From: Candidatus Bathyarchaeota archaeon
Lineage (GTDB): Archaea > Thermoproteota > Bathyarchaeia > 40CM-2-53-6
DNA: 64,000 nucleotides
Assembly: GCA_963726255.1 (NCBI GenBank)
Contig: CAVSBL010000002.1
Location: 1,824,001 to 1,888,000 of the forward strand
Direction of reading: 5' to 3'
The translations under genes were made by a program, and so were the position numbers. The stretch's first letter is position 1. Every line of letters begins with the position of its first letter. Below, piece by piece: positions 10,721 to 18,762 of this stretch. The notes beneath the pieces were generated by a model. That model made no database searches. It saw nothing but the letters and a program-made list of their open reading frames with translations, and had not been told where the DNA came from.

Positions 10721-12103
10721 TCAACGTCTGGCGAGGAGTTCGGGGGCTTTTTCTTGGATTAGAGGTCTGATGGCTTTGATGGTTTCTTTGGTTTGATCAA
10801 TAGTGAAGCGCACGTCTTCCGCGGATGTTACGGTTGAGATGTTGAACCATCCTTGGTTAAGCGTGAAGAAGGCGCCTCTGTTGAGCATTTCTAGGTCAAA
10901 GATCCATCTCACGTAAGCCTTTGATTGGCTCGCGCTCCTGTAATCTGTGATCTCTTTGCTTGTGAAGTACAGATTGAATAGTGAGCCGAAACCCGTCACG
11001 GTGCTCATTACTCCAGCGTCGGCAAACGCTTTGTTCATTCCATCACGCAACTGGTTGCCTCTTGAGTCTAACCGCTCATAGGTGGCAGTGTCTAGTTCAC
11101 TCAATGTAGCGAGTCCGGCAGCCATAGTTAGAGGATGCGCGTTCCAAGTTCCCGATGCGCCGATTCTAGGTCTTTTGCCTTCAGGAATTTCAAACAGTTG
11201 CATTGTTTCCTCACTTCCACCAAAGGCTCCAACGGGGAAGCCTCCGCCTATGTTCTTCCCGAAAACGGCCATGTCAGGTTCTACATGGAAGACCTTAGCC
11301 GCGCCGCCTTTGGAGAGTCTGAATCCTGTTACGACTTCGTCGAACATCAAAAGCACGTCATTCTCCTCGGTTATCTCCTTCAACCTCTTTAGGAAGCCTG
11401 CTTTCATTGGAGCGTATCCTCTTGGTTTTGCGAGTGGTTCGACAATGAGTACTGCGAGCTCATGCCGATTCTTTCTAATTATTTGCTCAGTGGTTTCAAT
11501 GTCTTCAAACGGCAGCACTACGGTATCGTTCGGTACGCTGCTAGGCATGCCCTCGCATTCCGGAACAGCGATTAGGTCAGACCCTTGCCCTGCTTTGTCG
11601 AGGGCTGGATTGACGCTTACGTAGACCGAATCGTATGTGCCGTGAAATTGCCCTTCAAATTTGGCAATCTTGCTCTTGCCCTTGTATGCCCTTGCCACTC
11701 TCAGAGCGTTCATGATGGCTTCCGTGCCCGTTCCTGCGAATCTCACTTTCTCAGCTGCGGGATAACACTCATGTATCTTCTCTGCAAGTTCTACTTCTGG
11801 TTCGGTTGGAGCGCCAAGCGCGGTTCCTCGCTCGAGTTGCGCTGCTATGGCACGCATCACCTCGGGGTGCTTGTGCCCAAGGATGAGCGATGATTGGTTG
11901 AAGCAATAGTCGATGCTTTCGTTTCCGTCCACAAAGTAAATGTGCGAACCAATTGCATGGTCAGCATAAGCTGGAAATGGTCTGTAGAACACCGCGTTCC
12001 TAGTCGTCCCGCTCGGCATAACAGTCCGTGCGCGGGCGTAGAGTACTTGAGATTTTGATCTTTGTGAAAGGAATTTCTTGATAGAACCAATAGTTTCCAT
12101 CAT
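10721..12103 (-). CDS. Class III PLP aminotransferase (glutamate-1-semialdehyde aminomutase-like)
   Basis: GTEA, FEGQFHG, FDEVVTGFR, PLP lysine in FGKNIGGG, SGTWNAHP. Confidence 0.9.
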   Translation of the reverse strand: MMETIGSIKKFLSQRSKSQVLYARARTVMPSGTTRNAVFYRPFPAYADHAIGSHIYFVDGNESIDYCFNQSSLILGHKHPEVMRAIAAQLERGTALGAPTEPEVELAEKIHECYPAAEKVRFAGTGTEAIMNALRVARAYKGKSKIAKFEGQFHGTYDSVYVSVNPALDKAGQGSDLIAVPECEGMPSSVPNDTVVLPFEDIETTEQIIRKNRHELAVLIVEPLAKPRGYAPMKAGFLKRLKEITEENDVLLMFDEVVTGFRLSKGGAAKVFHVEPDMAVFGKNIGGGFPVGAFGGSEETMQLFEIPEGKRPRIGASGTWNAHPLTMAAGLATLSELDTATYERLDSRGNQLRDGMNKAFADAGVMSTVTGFGSLFNLYFTSKEITDYRSASQSKAYVRWIFDLEMLNRGAFFTLNQGWFNISTVTSAEDVRFTIDQTKETIKAIRPLIQEKAPELLARR

Positions 12104-12372
12104 TGATACGTTACCCGTACAAGTGGACCGCGACTAGGCGAGCATTCCGGCATATAGGGTAGCCGACATGCTTCCAGCCTTGAGAAAACTTCTGAATCAG
12201 AATTAGTGCCAATAGTAATGCAAGGAACTAGGGGTTGCGGATTGCGGCCTGTTAATTTTCAAATAGTGGTAATCAACATGGCGGTAGTCTCCTCGGGCCA
12301 GCCTTCCTCGGTCTTATCATTAACAAACGCCGACTACGTCTGAACGCAAGAGAGAAATTACTGAGGGTCTCC

Positions 12373-12888
12373 ATGGAAACAAGGCGACATCGGATGTCTG
12401 ATGCTCAAGCATTAGAAGGAATCGCGTCTTGCCGATTAGAGCGAATTGTTATCGGAAAATTGGCTATGAACACCGATCTTTTAGACGGAATCCTGGAATT
12501 GATCAGAAGGGAGAGAATCAGAACTGGGTTGATTCTGTCGGTTGTTGGGGCTTTGAGAGAAGCGACCTTTCGAAACGTCAAAACTATGCCTCCCAATTTG
12601 AAGGTGAAAAAAAAGCACCGAGTCTATCTAAAACTGGATCAGCAAATGGAATTAGTGTCACTTACCGGGTGGGTTGCAACAAAGCATGATGGTTACCCAG
12701 AAGTCCATGCCCATTTTTCTGTCTCCACAGTGGTTGATGACAAGGTTATGACGTTTGGAGGACACCTCACACGTGGGGCGATAACATCTATCAAAGTAGT
12801 TGTTGCCATCGGTGTTATCGAAGAAAGCGCCATCAAGGCAGTCATGGATTCTAGAATAGGCCAGGTAGATGTGAAACTGCCAGCCTAG
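12373..12888 (+). CDS. PPC domain (DUF296) protein
   Basis: ELVSLTGWV, HAHFSVS, TFGGHL motifs. Confidence 0.85.
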   Translation: METRRHRMSDAQALEGIASCRLERIVIGKLAMNTDLLDGILELIRRERIRTGLILSVVGALREATFRNVKTMPPNLKVKKKHRVYLKLDQQMELVSLTGWVATKHDGYPEVHAHFSVSTVVDDKVMTFGGHLTRGAITSIKVVVAIGVIEESAIKAVMDSRIGQVDVKLPA

Positions 12889-13027
12889 TAAACTGCACGT
12901 GTTGGAATTCATAAAGAATGAAATTTCGCTCGCTCAAATCCCCCAAAATCACTACTGGTCGATGGGGGAAGAAGAGACTTCCTATGACTTGAACGAGAGG
13001 AAAGTTCAAGCAGGAGCCCGAGAGTGG

Positions 13028-13813
13028 TTAACCTCTCCTCTCTCGTCTTAGAAGTTGGAATGAGACTGCATGGGTAAGTGCGCTGACGAGCATGGCTGAA
13101 ACGAACGCTAAGCCCACTCCCCAGTTAGTGATTGTTGCTGAGATGATCAGGAAGAAGATTATGAACGTGAAGGATCCAGCGACCACACCTCTCAGGAGTC
13201 TGATTGCATGCGCGCCCCCTTCAGACCGGTGAGTGAAGACCGCGAGAATCGTGGCGTACACCGGAAAAGGTGTAAGGAGTCCTGTTAACTATGGCCCAAG
13301 CCACTGGGCAACACCCGTAATCAGGAACACTAAAGCAGTGGCGGAAACCATACGCGCAGGGACCTCCCACCACCCCGTTCTCAGCGAGCTTCCCTCCAAG
13401 GTAACGTGAGGCATTAGCAAGAAGGTTATCAGAAGTACTCCGAAGACCGAAACGAAGCCGATTAACAAAGGCAGTTTTGTCGATTGGAGGAATAGTGTGC
13501 AGGCAAAGTAGGCGCATAAACCTGCCAGCAGGCTTAGCCGCCAGAAAAAGCGCGTAGCTGACCAGGTGTAAGCCAATGCGAAGGCGAATACTGAGATGAT
13601 CCCCATCATGATTGCTGCTGAGGCTGCGGAAGCGAAGGCATCTCCCTGTTCCAGGGCTAGGAAGAATGCAACCGGACCTGAAGTTAATGGCAACCCAATG
13701 AGCCAGCCACCAACGATTGGCCCCCATTTGCGGCTTGAGAGACTGACAAGGCCTATGAAAGTTGGGACAAGGAGTAGTTTGAGGAGAAGAATCATCCAGT
13801 CTGCGTAGATCAA
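13028..13813 (-). pseudogene. Multi-pass membrane protein interrupted by an in-frame TAG at 13289-13291
   Basis: ORFs 13289-13813 and 13028-13261 are in the same frame: QWLGP*LTGLLTPFPVYATIL; the internal repeat KWGPIVGGWLIGLP / WLGP*LTGLLTPFP supports one gene. Confidence 0.75.
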
Positions 13814-13853
13814 TTTTGACTACTCGAAGAGGAAGCGTTCGAAGTGACTACTA

Positions 13854-13880
13854 GTGTGTGCGCGCACCATCTGACAGCCC
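13854..13880 (+). repeat. Cassette-boundary site A (left arm plus core; right arm degenerate)
   Basis: GTGTGTGCGCGCA-CCATCT-GACAGCCC. Confidence 0.65.
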
Positions 13881-13911
13881 CGAAGGCGAAAGGGGACCAT
13901 GACACAATGAG

Positions 13912-14607
13912 TCATGTGTCCTTGCCTTCCAGTCGGAGGTTCTCTAAGGTAATGTACATTACTGAATCTACTTCGTGTTTTGAGTACGAACCTACTCGAA
14001 TGGTCTTCTTGAATTGTGGGCTGTCTAGAACCACCGTATGATATTCTCCATTTTCTCCGCATATATCAAGCCCGGTCCGTCTACTGATTTCAATTAGCTG
14101 CTCTACTGAACTCGGGGAGAGATCCAATCCGAGCCATTCTTCTGTGAACCAGGGTTTCTTAACGCAAGAGAAAACTATCTTGAATTTGAGCGAGAGCAGT
14201 TTATTCAGAAGTTCAACCCTGTCTCGATGCCACAAAGGCTTGATGAGGTCAATGCCACAACGCGCACAGCGGTCCACCATCCAATCCGGATCGTGACCAG
14301 TGACTTCTCCAATATCCCCGGTTACCAGCGTACTAATTCCGCGCTTTTCCTTGAGGGAGGAGATTGCATCTTCATAGCCCACATCGAATGGCTCCTCAAC
14401 TTCTAATACGTAATGTGGAAGACCCAAAGCCTGCGCCTGAAGCGCCATGAAGCCGAGAGGGTGAGCAAGAAACATTTCCTGACTCGGAGCGAAAGTGATT
14501 AAACAGTCAATCATACTGCCTAACATTCTTGCTTCATACAGGGCTAGAGAGGAATCCTTGCCCCCGGTCCACGACACCGCCACTCTGGACATGTTGCCAG
14601 AAATCAA
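13912..14607 (-). CDS. Diphthine--ammonia ligase-like (DUF71/PP-loop) ATP-binding protein
   Basis: SWTGGKDS PP-loop, GLDICGENGEYHT. Confidence 0.85.
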   Translation of the reverse strand: MISGNMSRVAVSWTGGKDSSLALYEARMLGSMIDCLITFAPSQEMFLAHPLGFMALQAQALGLPHYVLEVEEPFDVGYEDAISSLKEKRGISTLVTGDIGEVTGHDPDWMVDRCARCGIDLIKPLWHRDRVELLNKLLSLKFKIVFSCVKKPWFTEEWLGLDLSPSSVEQLIEISRRTGLDICGENGEYHTVVLDSPQFKKTIRVGSYSKHEVDSVMYITLENLRLEGKDT

Positions 14608-14663
14608 TCACTTCACAATTTTAGCCTAATGAAGTGTCCAGCTGCGCGCAATTATCCGTCTTT

Positions 14664-14693
14664 TGTGCGTACCCTTAGTGGTGAGCACACACA
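14664..14693 (-). repeat. Cassette-boundary site B
   Basis: minus strand TGTGTGTGCTCA-CCACTA-AGGGTACGCACA. Confidence 0.7.
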
Positions 14694-14749
14694 ATAAAAT
14701 CGGTGACGACGTGAAATAGGGGAAGTAGGCGAGGAAGCCTAAGGAACCG

Positions 14750-15154
14750 TCAGTGTTTCATCTGTTTTGCTAGGTACGCTTCAACTTCTGCGAACTGCTT
14801 CTTGAATTTGTCAAAGTCAATGCTTGCCGCATGTAAGATGGCGCTCCAACCAGCTGTGAATCTTGCGAGAAAAGCGGTCTCGGCTATTTCATCATCGGTA
14901 GCGCCGTTCATTCTGGCGGCTCTTGTGTGGAAATGAATGCAGTACGGACAATGAATTGCAGATGCAACAGCTAACCCCATAAGCTCACGGTACTTGGCGG
15001 GTATCTTGGTTTCCGCGAAGGTGAATTTCTTCATCTCTGCCCATTCGTGGGGAAGTGCATCATGTGGAATCGCTGTGAACTGATCGAGCACTAAGCCCAT
15101 GGTTTTCTTGATGTCGTCAAGAGTATTCTCATATTCTCCCATTCGATATGACAC
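14750..15154 (-). CDS. Carboxymuconolactone decarboxylase/AhpD family protein
   Basis: IPAKYRELMGLAVASAIHCPYCIHFH (CxxC...H) motif. Confidence 0.88.
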   Translation of the reverse strand: MSYRMGEYENTLDDIKKTMGLVLDQFTAIPHDALPHEWAEMKKFTFAETKIPAKYRELMGLAVASAIHCPYCIHFHTRAARMNGATDDEIAETAFLARFTAGWSAILHAASIDFDKFKKQFAEVEAYLAKQMKH

Positions 15155-15300
15155 CTCCTACTCCAATCTGCTTTCGAAGATTCGATTCACATCTCGCGAC
15201 TGTGCAGGAGACATGATGCGAAAGCACGTAACAGCAAGTGCTAGAAAGCAAACTCCACTAAAACGGCGCGCAACTATTTCAGAGTTTTCATTGCTCGTAG

Positions 15301-15329
15301 TCCCGTGGGTATGCTGGTGCGCACACACA
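15301..15329 (-). repeat. Cassette-boundary site C
   Basis: minus strand TGTGTGTGCGCA-CCAGCA-TACCCACGGGA. Confidence 0.8.
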
Positions 15330-15434
15330 GAATAGTCGGCAGCACACTATCTTTTCAACTTCACACCTGTACGTTGGGTGCTCCGAAACTATGGCGGTCA
15401 CATGGCCTATCGCTGACTTCTGTTTCTTTTCAAA

Positions 15435-15773
15435 TTAGGCAGGTGCTCCACAATGGGGGCATTGGTTTAACGTCTCTTCGAAGATTTGTCCGCAATTTCT
15501 GCATCGTATCTTCACAATTACCTCTCGTTGTATCGTTTCCTTCTCCTTGACCATTTCTGGAGCGTCTGCTTCAACTAGCTTCCAGCTCAGGGGCGTAAAG
15601 AGCGATCTTGCCTGAACTGCTAGAACATACCTCGTTGAACATTCCGAACAGACCACGTTAGGCATCGCAACTTCGAGCATGCGCCCGCCGTCTTTGGGGC
15701 ACCGAGACTTCTTGAGTGCCCTTTCGAAGTTTCTTCGCTGTCTTACCAATTGCCAGGACCGAGCACCGAACAT
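15435..15773 (-). CDS. Small zinc-ribbon protein
   Basis: CPKD..CSEC and CRNC..CPHC motifs; TTTATA box 24-29 nt upstream. Confidence 0.7.
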   Translation of the reverse strand: MFGARSWQLVRQRRNFERALKKSRCPKDGGRMLEVAMPNVVCSECSTRYVLAVQARSLFTPLSWKLVEADAPEMVKEKETIQREVIVKIRCRNCGQIFEETLNQCPHCGAPA

Positions 15774-15796
15774 ATATCGTGAATGTTTGGCGGCGC

Positions 15797-15802
15797 TATA
15801 AA
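15797..15802 (-). promoter_or_regulatory. Putative TATA box of the zinc-ribbon gene (leaderless spacing)
   Basis: TTTATA on minus strand 24-29 nt before the ATG at 15773. Confidence 0.5.
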
Positions 15803-15856
15803 TGCCCTAGCATATTTTCTCGGAAACTGGAAGACCCCCAGAACTTTCAGGCATCT

Positions 15857-15888
15857 TCGTGTGCGTACCACTAGAGGTACACACACGA
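15857..15888 (+). repeat. Cassette-boundary site D (near-perfect 13-6-13 hairpin)
   Basis: TCGTGTGCGTA-CCACTA-GAGGTACACACACGA. Confidence 0.75.
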
Positions 15889-15933
15889 GAAAACCTAAAG
15901 GGGGTAACGTACGGTCCCTGTTAGTGTTCAGAG

Positions 15934-16707
15934 TTGGCGGGCCAGGAACGAACCGACATTCCTCTTCTGCATGAATTGCTCCCCGACGACGTAAGGCTTG
16001 GGACCGTTTTCGCAGTTGAATTTGATCCTGTTTCGCACTGGTTTGCCGTAGCGGCAAGTATGGTTGTAAGTTGGGTGAAGAGCGGCCGACGTGCGGGGTG
16101 GGTTGCGATGGCCCGCCCTAGGGAAGACGTCAGAAATGACCTAGCGAGGTTGGGGGTAAATGTGCTTGAGAGCGAGAGAGCTGGAATGTTGCTCGTAGAC
16201 GACTGGCATTCTGCAACTTTAGGCTTGGAGCCCGTCTCTGGCCTTGCCAATGAAATCGTTGAAGGAGAAGGCGGACCTTACAACCGGATACTTTCGCTAA
16301 AGGTTTCGGATTGGAGTGTGCACTTCTTGAAAATGGTGAAGGAGGGTTTGAAGGATGTTGGAGATGACTGGCCTCTCGGTGCACTCGCCATCGCCGATTC
16401 TATTTCACCTGCCCTTAGATTCAACGATGAGAAACCGTACCTTGAGTGGTTAGAAAACAGGGTGAACCCTTGGCAACGACGGAGCATGGGAGTTACATTT
16501 CAAGGGGTAGTTAGCGGGCTTCATTCCGAGTTATTCTACAAGCGGATGGAGAACACTGCTGATGGAGTAATGGACGTGAAGGTAATGGAACGCGAAGACC
16601 AAACCAAGAATTATCTGAGAATCCGCGGTTTCAAAGGTCAAAGGTACGACAGCAGTTGGCATGAGATAGACATCAAATCAAACGGTGAAGCAATTCTGAG
16701 CAGCTGA
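15934..16707 (+). CDS. RAD55/KaiC-like RecA-fold protein with degenerate Walker A
   Basis: IPLLHELLP..G..FAVEFDP, IADSIS, MENTADGVMD, LRIRGFKGQ..W..IDI match the KaiC/RAD55 layout; no GxGKT. Confidence 0.7.
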   Translation: MAGQERTDIPLLHELLPDDVRLGTVFAVEFDPVSHWFAVAASMVVSWVKSGRRAGWVAMARPREDVRNDLARLGVNVLESERAGMLLVDDWHSATLGLEPVSGLANEIVEGEGGPYNRILSLKVSDWSVHFLKMVKEGLKDVGDDWPLGALAIADSISPALRFNDEKPYLEWLENRVNPWQRRSMGVTFQGVVSGLHSELFYKRMENTADGVMDVKVMEREDQTKNYLRIRGFKGQRYDSSWHEIDIKSNGEAILSS

Positions 16708-16718
16708 GCTTCCTTTTC

Positions 16719-16748
16719 GTGTGTGTGCGCACCATTGGACCCACACAC
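16719..16748 (+). repeat. Cassette-boundary site E (consensus-like)
   Basis: GTGTGTGTGCGCA-CCATTG-GACCCACACAC, 11 bp after the stop of the RAD55-like gene. Confidence 0.85.
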
Positions 16749-16762
16749 AAACCTATCAGGAC

Positions 16763-16796
16763 AGTCTGGTGGTGCGAGGAACTGAATTTGAATCGT
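16763..16796 (-). repeat. Site F: tRNA-3'-end-like/core chimera; 33/34 identical to 18464-18497
   Basis: minus strand ACGATTCAAATTCAGTTCCTCGCA-CCACCA-GACT. Confidence 0.8.
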
Positions 16797-16819
16797 GAGC
16801 ACTAGACACACAAGAAACA

Positions 16820-16864
16820 CCCCGGTTCAATTTCTGGGGCTCGCACCATCAGACCCACACACAC
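16820..16864 (+). repeat. Site G: tRNA T-arm/acceptor remnant fused to the right arm
   Basis: CCCCGGTTCAATTTCTGGGGCTCGCA-CCATCA-GACCCACACACAC. Confidence 0.8.
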
Positions 16865-16960
16865 AACCTTAGTTTCGGTCGCACGAAGGTTCTATTCGGT
16901 TCCTGGTAGATCAAAGGAATCAGAGAAATATGGGAAGCGAGCATCCTCAATCGAGTAGGT

Positions 16961-17383
16961 GTGAGAATGAAGGAAATTAGTACGAGCCAAGAGAAGAAAG
17001 AGAAGAAGATTGCACTCAGTTTCTTCAGTTTGATTGCCCCTCCTGAAGGACCGATGGCCGCTTTGCGCATTTTTGATCCAAAATGCAGGCATCACAATCC
17101 TTACAGTGCTCCCGGAATGAAAGCGCTATTCAGGGAGATGGCGAAGGTGCAGCAAGACATGGAGGCGAACGAAATGCCGCGTGATCCAGTCTTCCAAATC
17201 AAGCATGTGCTGGTAGATGGAAAGATGGTCGTCATCCATACTACTCTGCAATCCAAATCGAAAAGAACGAGAGGCTTCAGGCAAATCCACATGTTCCGTT
17301 TCAAGAGGGACAAGGTTGTCGAGTACTGGGATGTAACGCAGAGCGTGCCAAAGGAGGCCAAGTATCCGAAGAACATGTTCTAG
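16961..17383 (+). CDS. SnoaL/NTF2-like domain protein
   Basis: HHNPY..PG, LVDGKMVVIH, HMFRFKRDKVVEYWDVTQ. Confidence 0.85.
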   Translation: MRMKEISTSQEKKEKKIALSFFSLIAPPEGPMAALRIFDPKCRHHNPYSAPGMKALFREMAKVQQDMEANEMPRDPVFQIKHVLVDGKMVVIHTTLQSKSKRTRGFRQIHMFRFKRDKVVEYWDVTQSVPKEAKYPKNMF

Positions 17384-17481
17384 TAAAGTTTCAGAAACAT
17401 CTCCCAATGAATTAGGGAGACTATTTTTTGAAGCAAGGGCTGGCCGTAATCTGAGCCATCTCGTTTGTCGTCGTTCTCATT

Positions 17482-17519
17482 TTTCGTGTGTGTGGGTATA
17501 GTGGTGCGCACACACGAAA
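17482..17519 (-). repeat. Cassette-boundary site H
   Basis: minus strand TTTCGTGTGTGCGCA-CCACTA-TACCCACACACACGAAA; perfect 11-bp outer inverted repeat. Confidence 0.85.
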
Positions 17520-17537
17520 CCTGTTCGACTAGACATC

Positions 17538-17942
17538 CTAGAGTTCCGTGACGATCTCTTTAACAAATTCGAAGTGAGGAATGGTTTTCTCTTCTGCCAA
17601 CGCGATCAGCCCCTCTCGGATTTTCCTCGAACGCTTACTATACTTGGGGAGCAAGGTTGTGAGATAGACTAAGCCAACTGCTAGAATTGATCCTGCAATC
17701 AACAGGATCAAATATGAACGGGTTTCGAGGCTGTTACTCAAAACTCCCTGAATTATTATGCCAAGGGCCACTCCTAACAGTACAGCGAGAACCCCCAAGA
17801 GCCTATTCAACGTCTCAGAGCGAGACTGAACACAAATCTGCAGAACATCAAGCTGCCATCGTCGCTCTTCCAAGTCAGAGTCCAAGTTTCTACCCGAACG
17901 TATTTTGCCTTTTGGGCGTATTTGGTTTCTGTTAAGTCTCAC
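17538..17942 (-). CDS. Hypothetical membrane protein (2 TM)
   Basis: Two hydrophobic helices; start overlaps the stop of the upstream ORF. Confidence 0.6.
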   Translation of the reverse strand: MRLNRNQIRPKGKIRSGRNLDSDLEERRWQLDVLQICVQSRSETLNRLLGVLAVLLGVALGIIIQGVLSNSLETRSYLILLIAGSILAVGLVYLTTLLPKYSKRSRKIREGLIALAEEKTIPHFEFVKEIVTEL

Positions 17943-18282
17943 AGTGGTGTGGTGGTGGGTCAGCTGGTGCTCCCATCAGATCTAATTCTTCCTGTAACGG
18001 TTTTCGCCAAGTTGCTGCCACAAGTGCCACTATGAGTATGAGGAAGAGTACGCCAGCCACAGAAACCAGGTTCTGCTTGATCGGATTTGTTTCCGTCCAG
18101 CTTGTGCTCACGTAGGGCACACAATATTCCGGGCATTCAGGGTCTTGTTCAGTTATGAGAACGGCGACGGGCTGAGACGGTGCAATTACCACCGCTAACG
18201 CTATTATTCCCTCGGCCAGCAGGAGGATTGTGATTACCTTCCACTTTCTCGCAGTCATTTGCCTCTGGGAGCGCCGTTCCAT
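17932..18282 (-). CDS. Hypothetical membrane protein (2 TM, CPEYC loop)
   Basis: Two hydrophobic segments flanking a short Cys-containing loop. Confidence 0.6.
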   Translation of the reverse strand: MERRSQRQMTARKWKVITILLLAEGIIALAVVIAPSQPVAVLITEQDPECPEYCVPYVSTSWTETNPIKQNLVSVAGVLFLILIVALVAATWRKPLQEELDLMGAPADPPPHHCET

Positions 18283-18453
18283 GTTATACGCTGTTGGTTA
18301 TTTCCGTACTTTAACTGAGTGGGTATTCGATTTCGCCCGCTGCTCTAAGGCCGTAATCAATAGCGCATAGTTGGGTCACAGCGCAGGTCTCTCGCCCAGT
18401 CCGGTGCGGAGCTGATCTCTTTCTTCTTCGTCGTCGTTCCTCGTTACTAAGAA

Positions 18454-18497
18454 TGTGCGTGTGAGTCTGGTGGTGCGAGGGACTGAATTTGAATCGT
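18454..18497 (-). repeat. Site I: tRNA-3'-end-like remnant fused to the right arm; right boundary of the array
   Basis: minus strand ACGATTCAAATTCAGTCCCTCGCA-CCACCA-GACTCACACGCACA. Confidence 0.8.
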
Positions 18498-18582
18498 ATC
18501 ATTGGCTTGGGTTCGCGTGGGCTTGCGAATGAAGGTTTAATTGCTTGTGCAGGCGTCCACCGCATACGGGAAGGCTATTACT

Positions 18583-18762
18583 TTGTCTAGTGCGCGTGAA
18601 AAGCGGCGTAAACGTGAAGCGCCTATGCCTGCGGCAAGTGCAGGTTTGCTCCGGTTCTTCGAGGAGGATACGCCGGGGATTAAGGTTCCGCCGGAAGTTG
18701 TGGTAATGTTCTCCATAGGCCTCGTCGCGGTAAGCCTCTTCATGTACTTGACATTCAAGTAG
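18583..18762 (+). CDS. secG: Preprotein translocase subunit Sec61beta
   Basis: SAGLLRFFEEDTPGIKVPPEVV plus one C-terminal TM; likely TTG start at 18583. Confidence 0.9.
   Translation: MSSAREKRRKREAPMPAASAGLLRFFEEDTPGIKVPPEVVVMFSIGLVAVSLFMYLTFK

Noticed and set aside
16820-16848. Functional tRNA gene
   Set aside because: Only a degenerate T-arm and acceptor 3' strand are present; there is no D-arm, anticodon arm or matching 5' strand upstream.
17503-17510. GGTGCGCA match to the E. coli XerC arm
   Set aside because: No TAA, spacer or XerD arm follows; coincidental overlap with the cassette site.
13854-18497. CRISPR array or classical integron attC interpretation of the repeats
   Set aside because: Spacing is gene-sized and irregular, orientations are mixed, no cas or intI gene is present, and the sites lack the attC RYYYAAC/GTTRRRY boxes.
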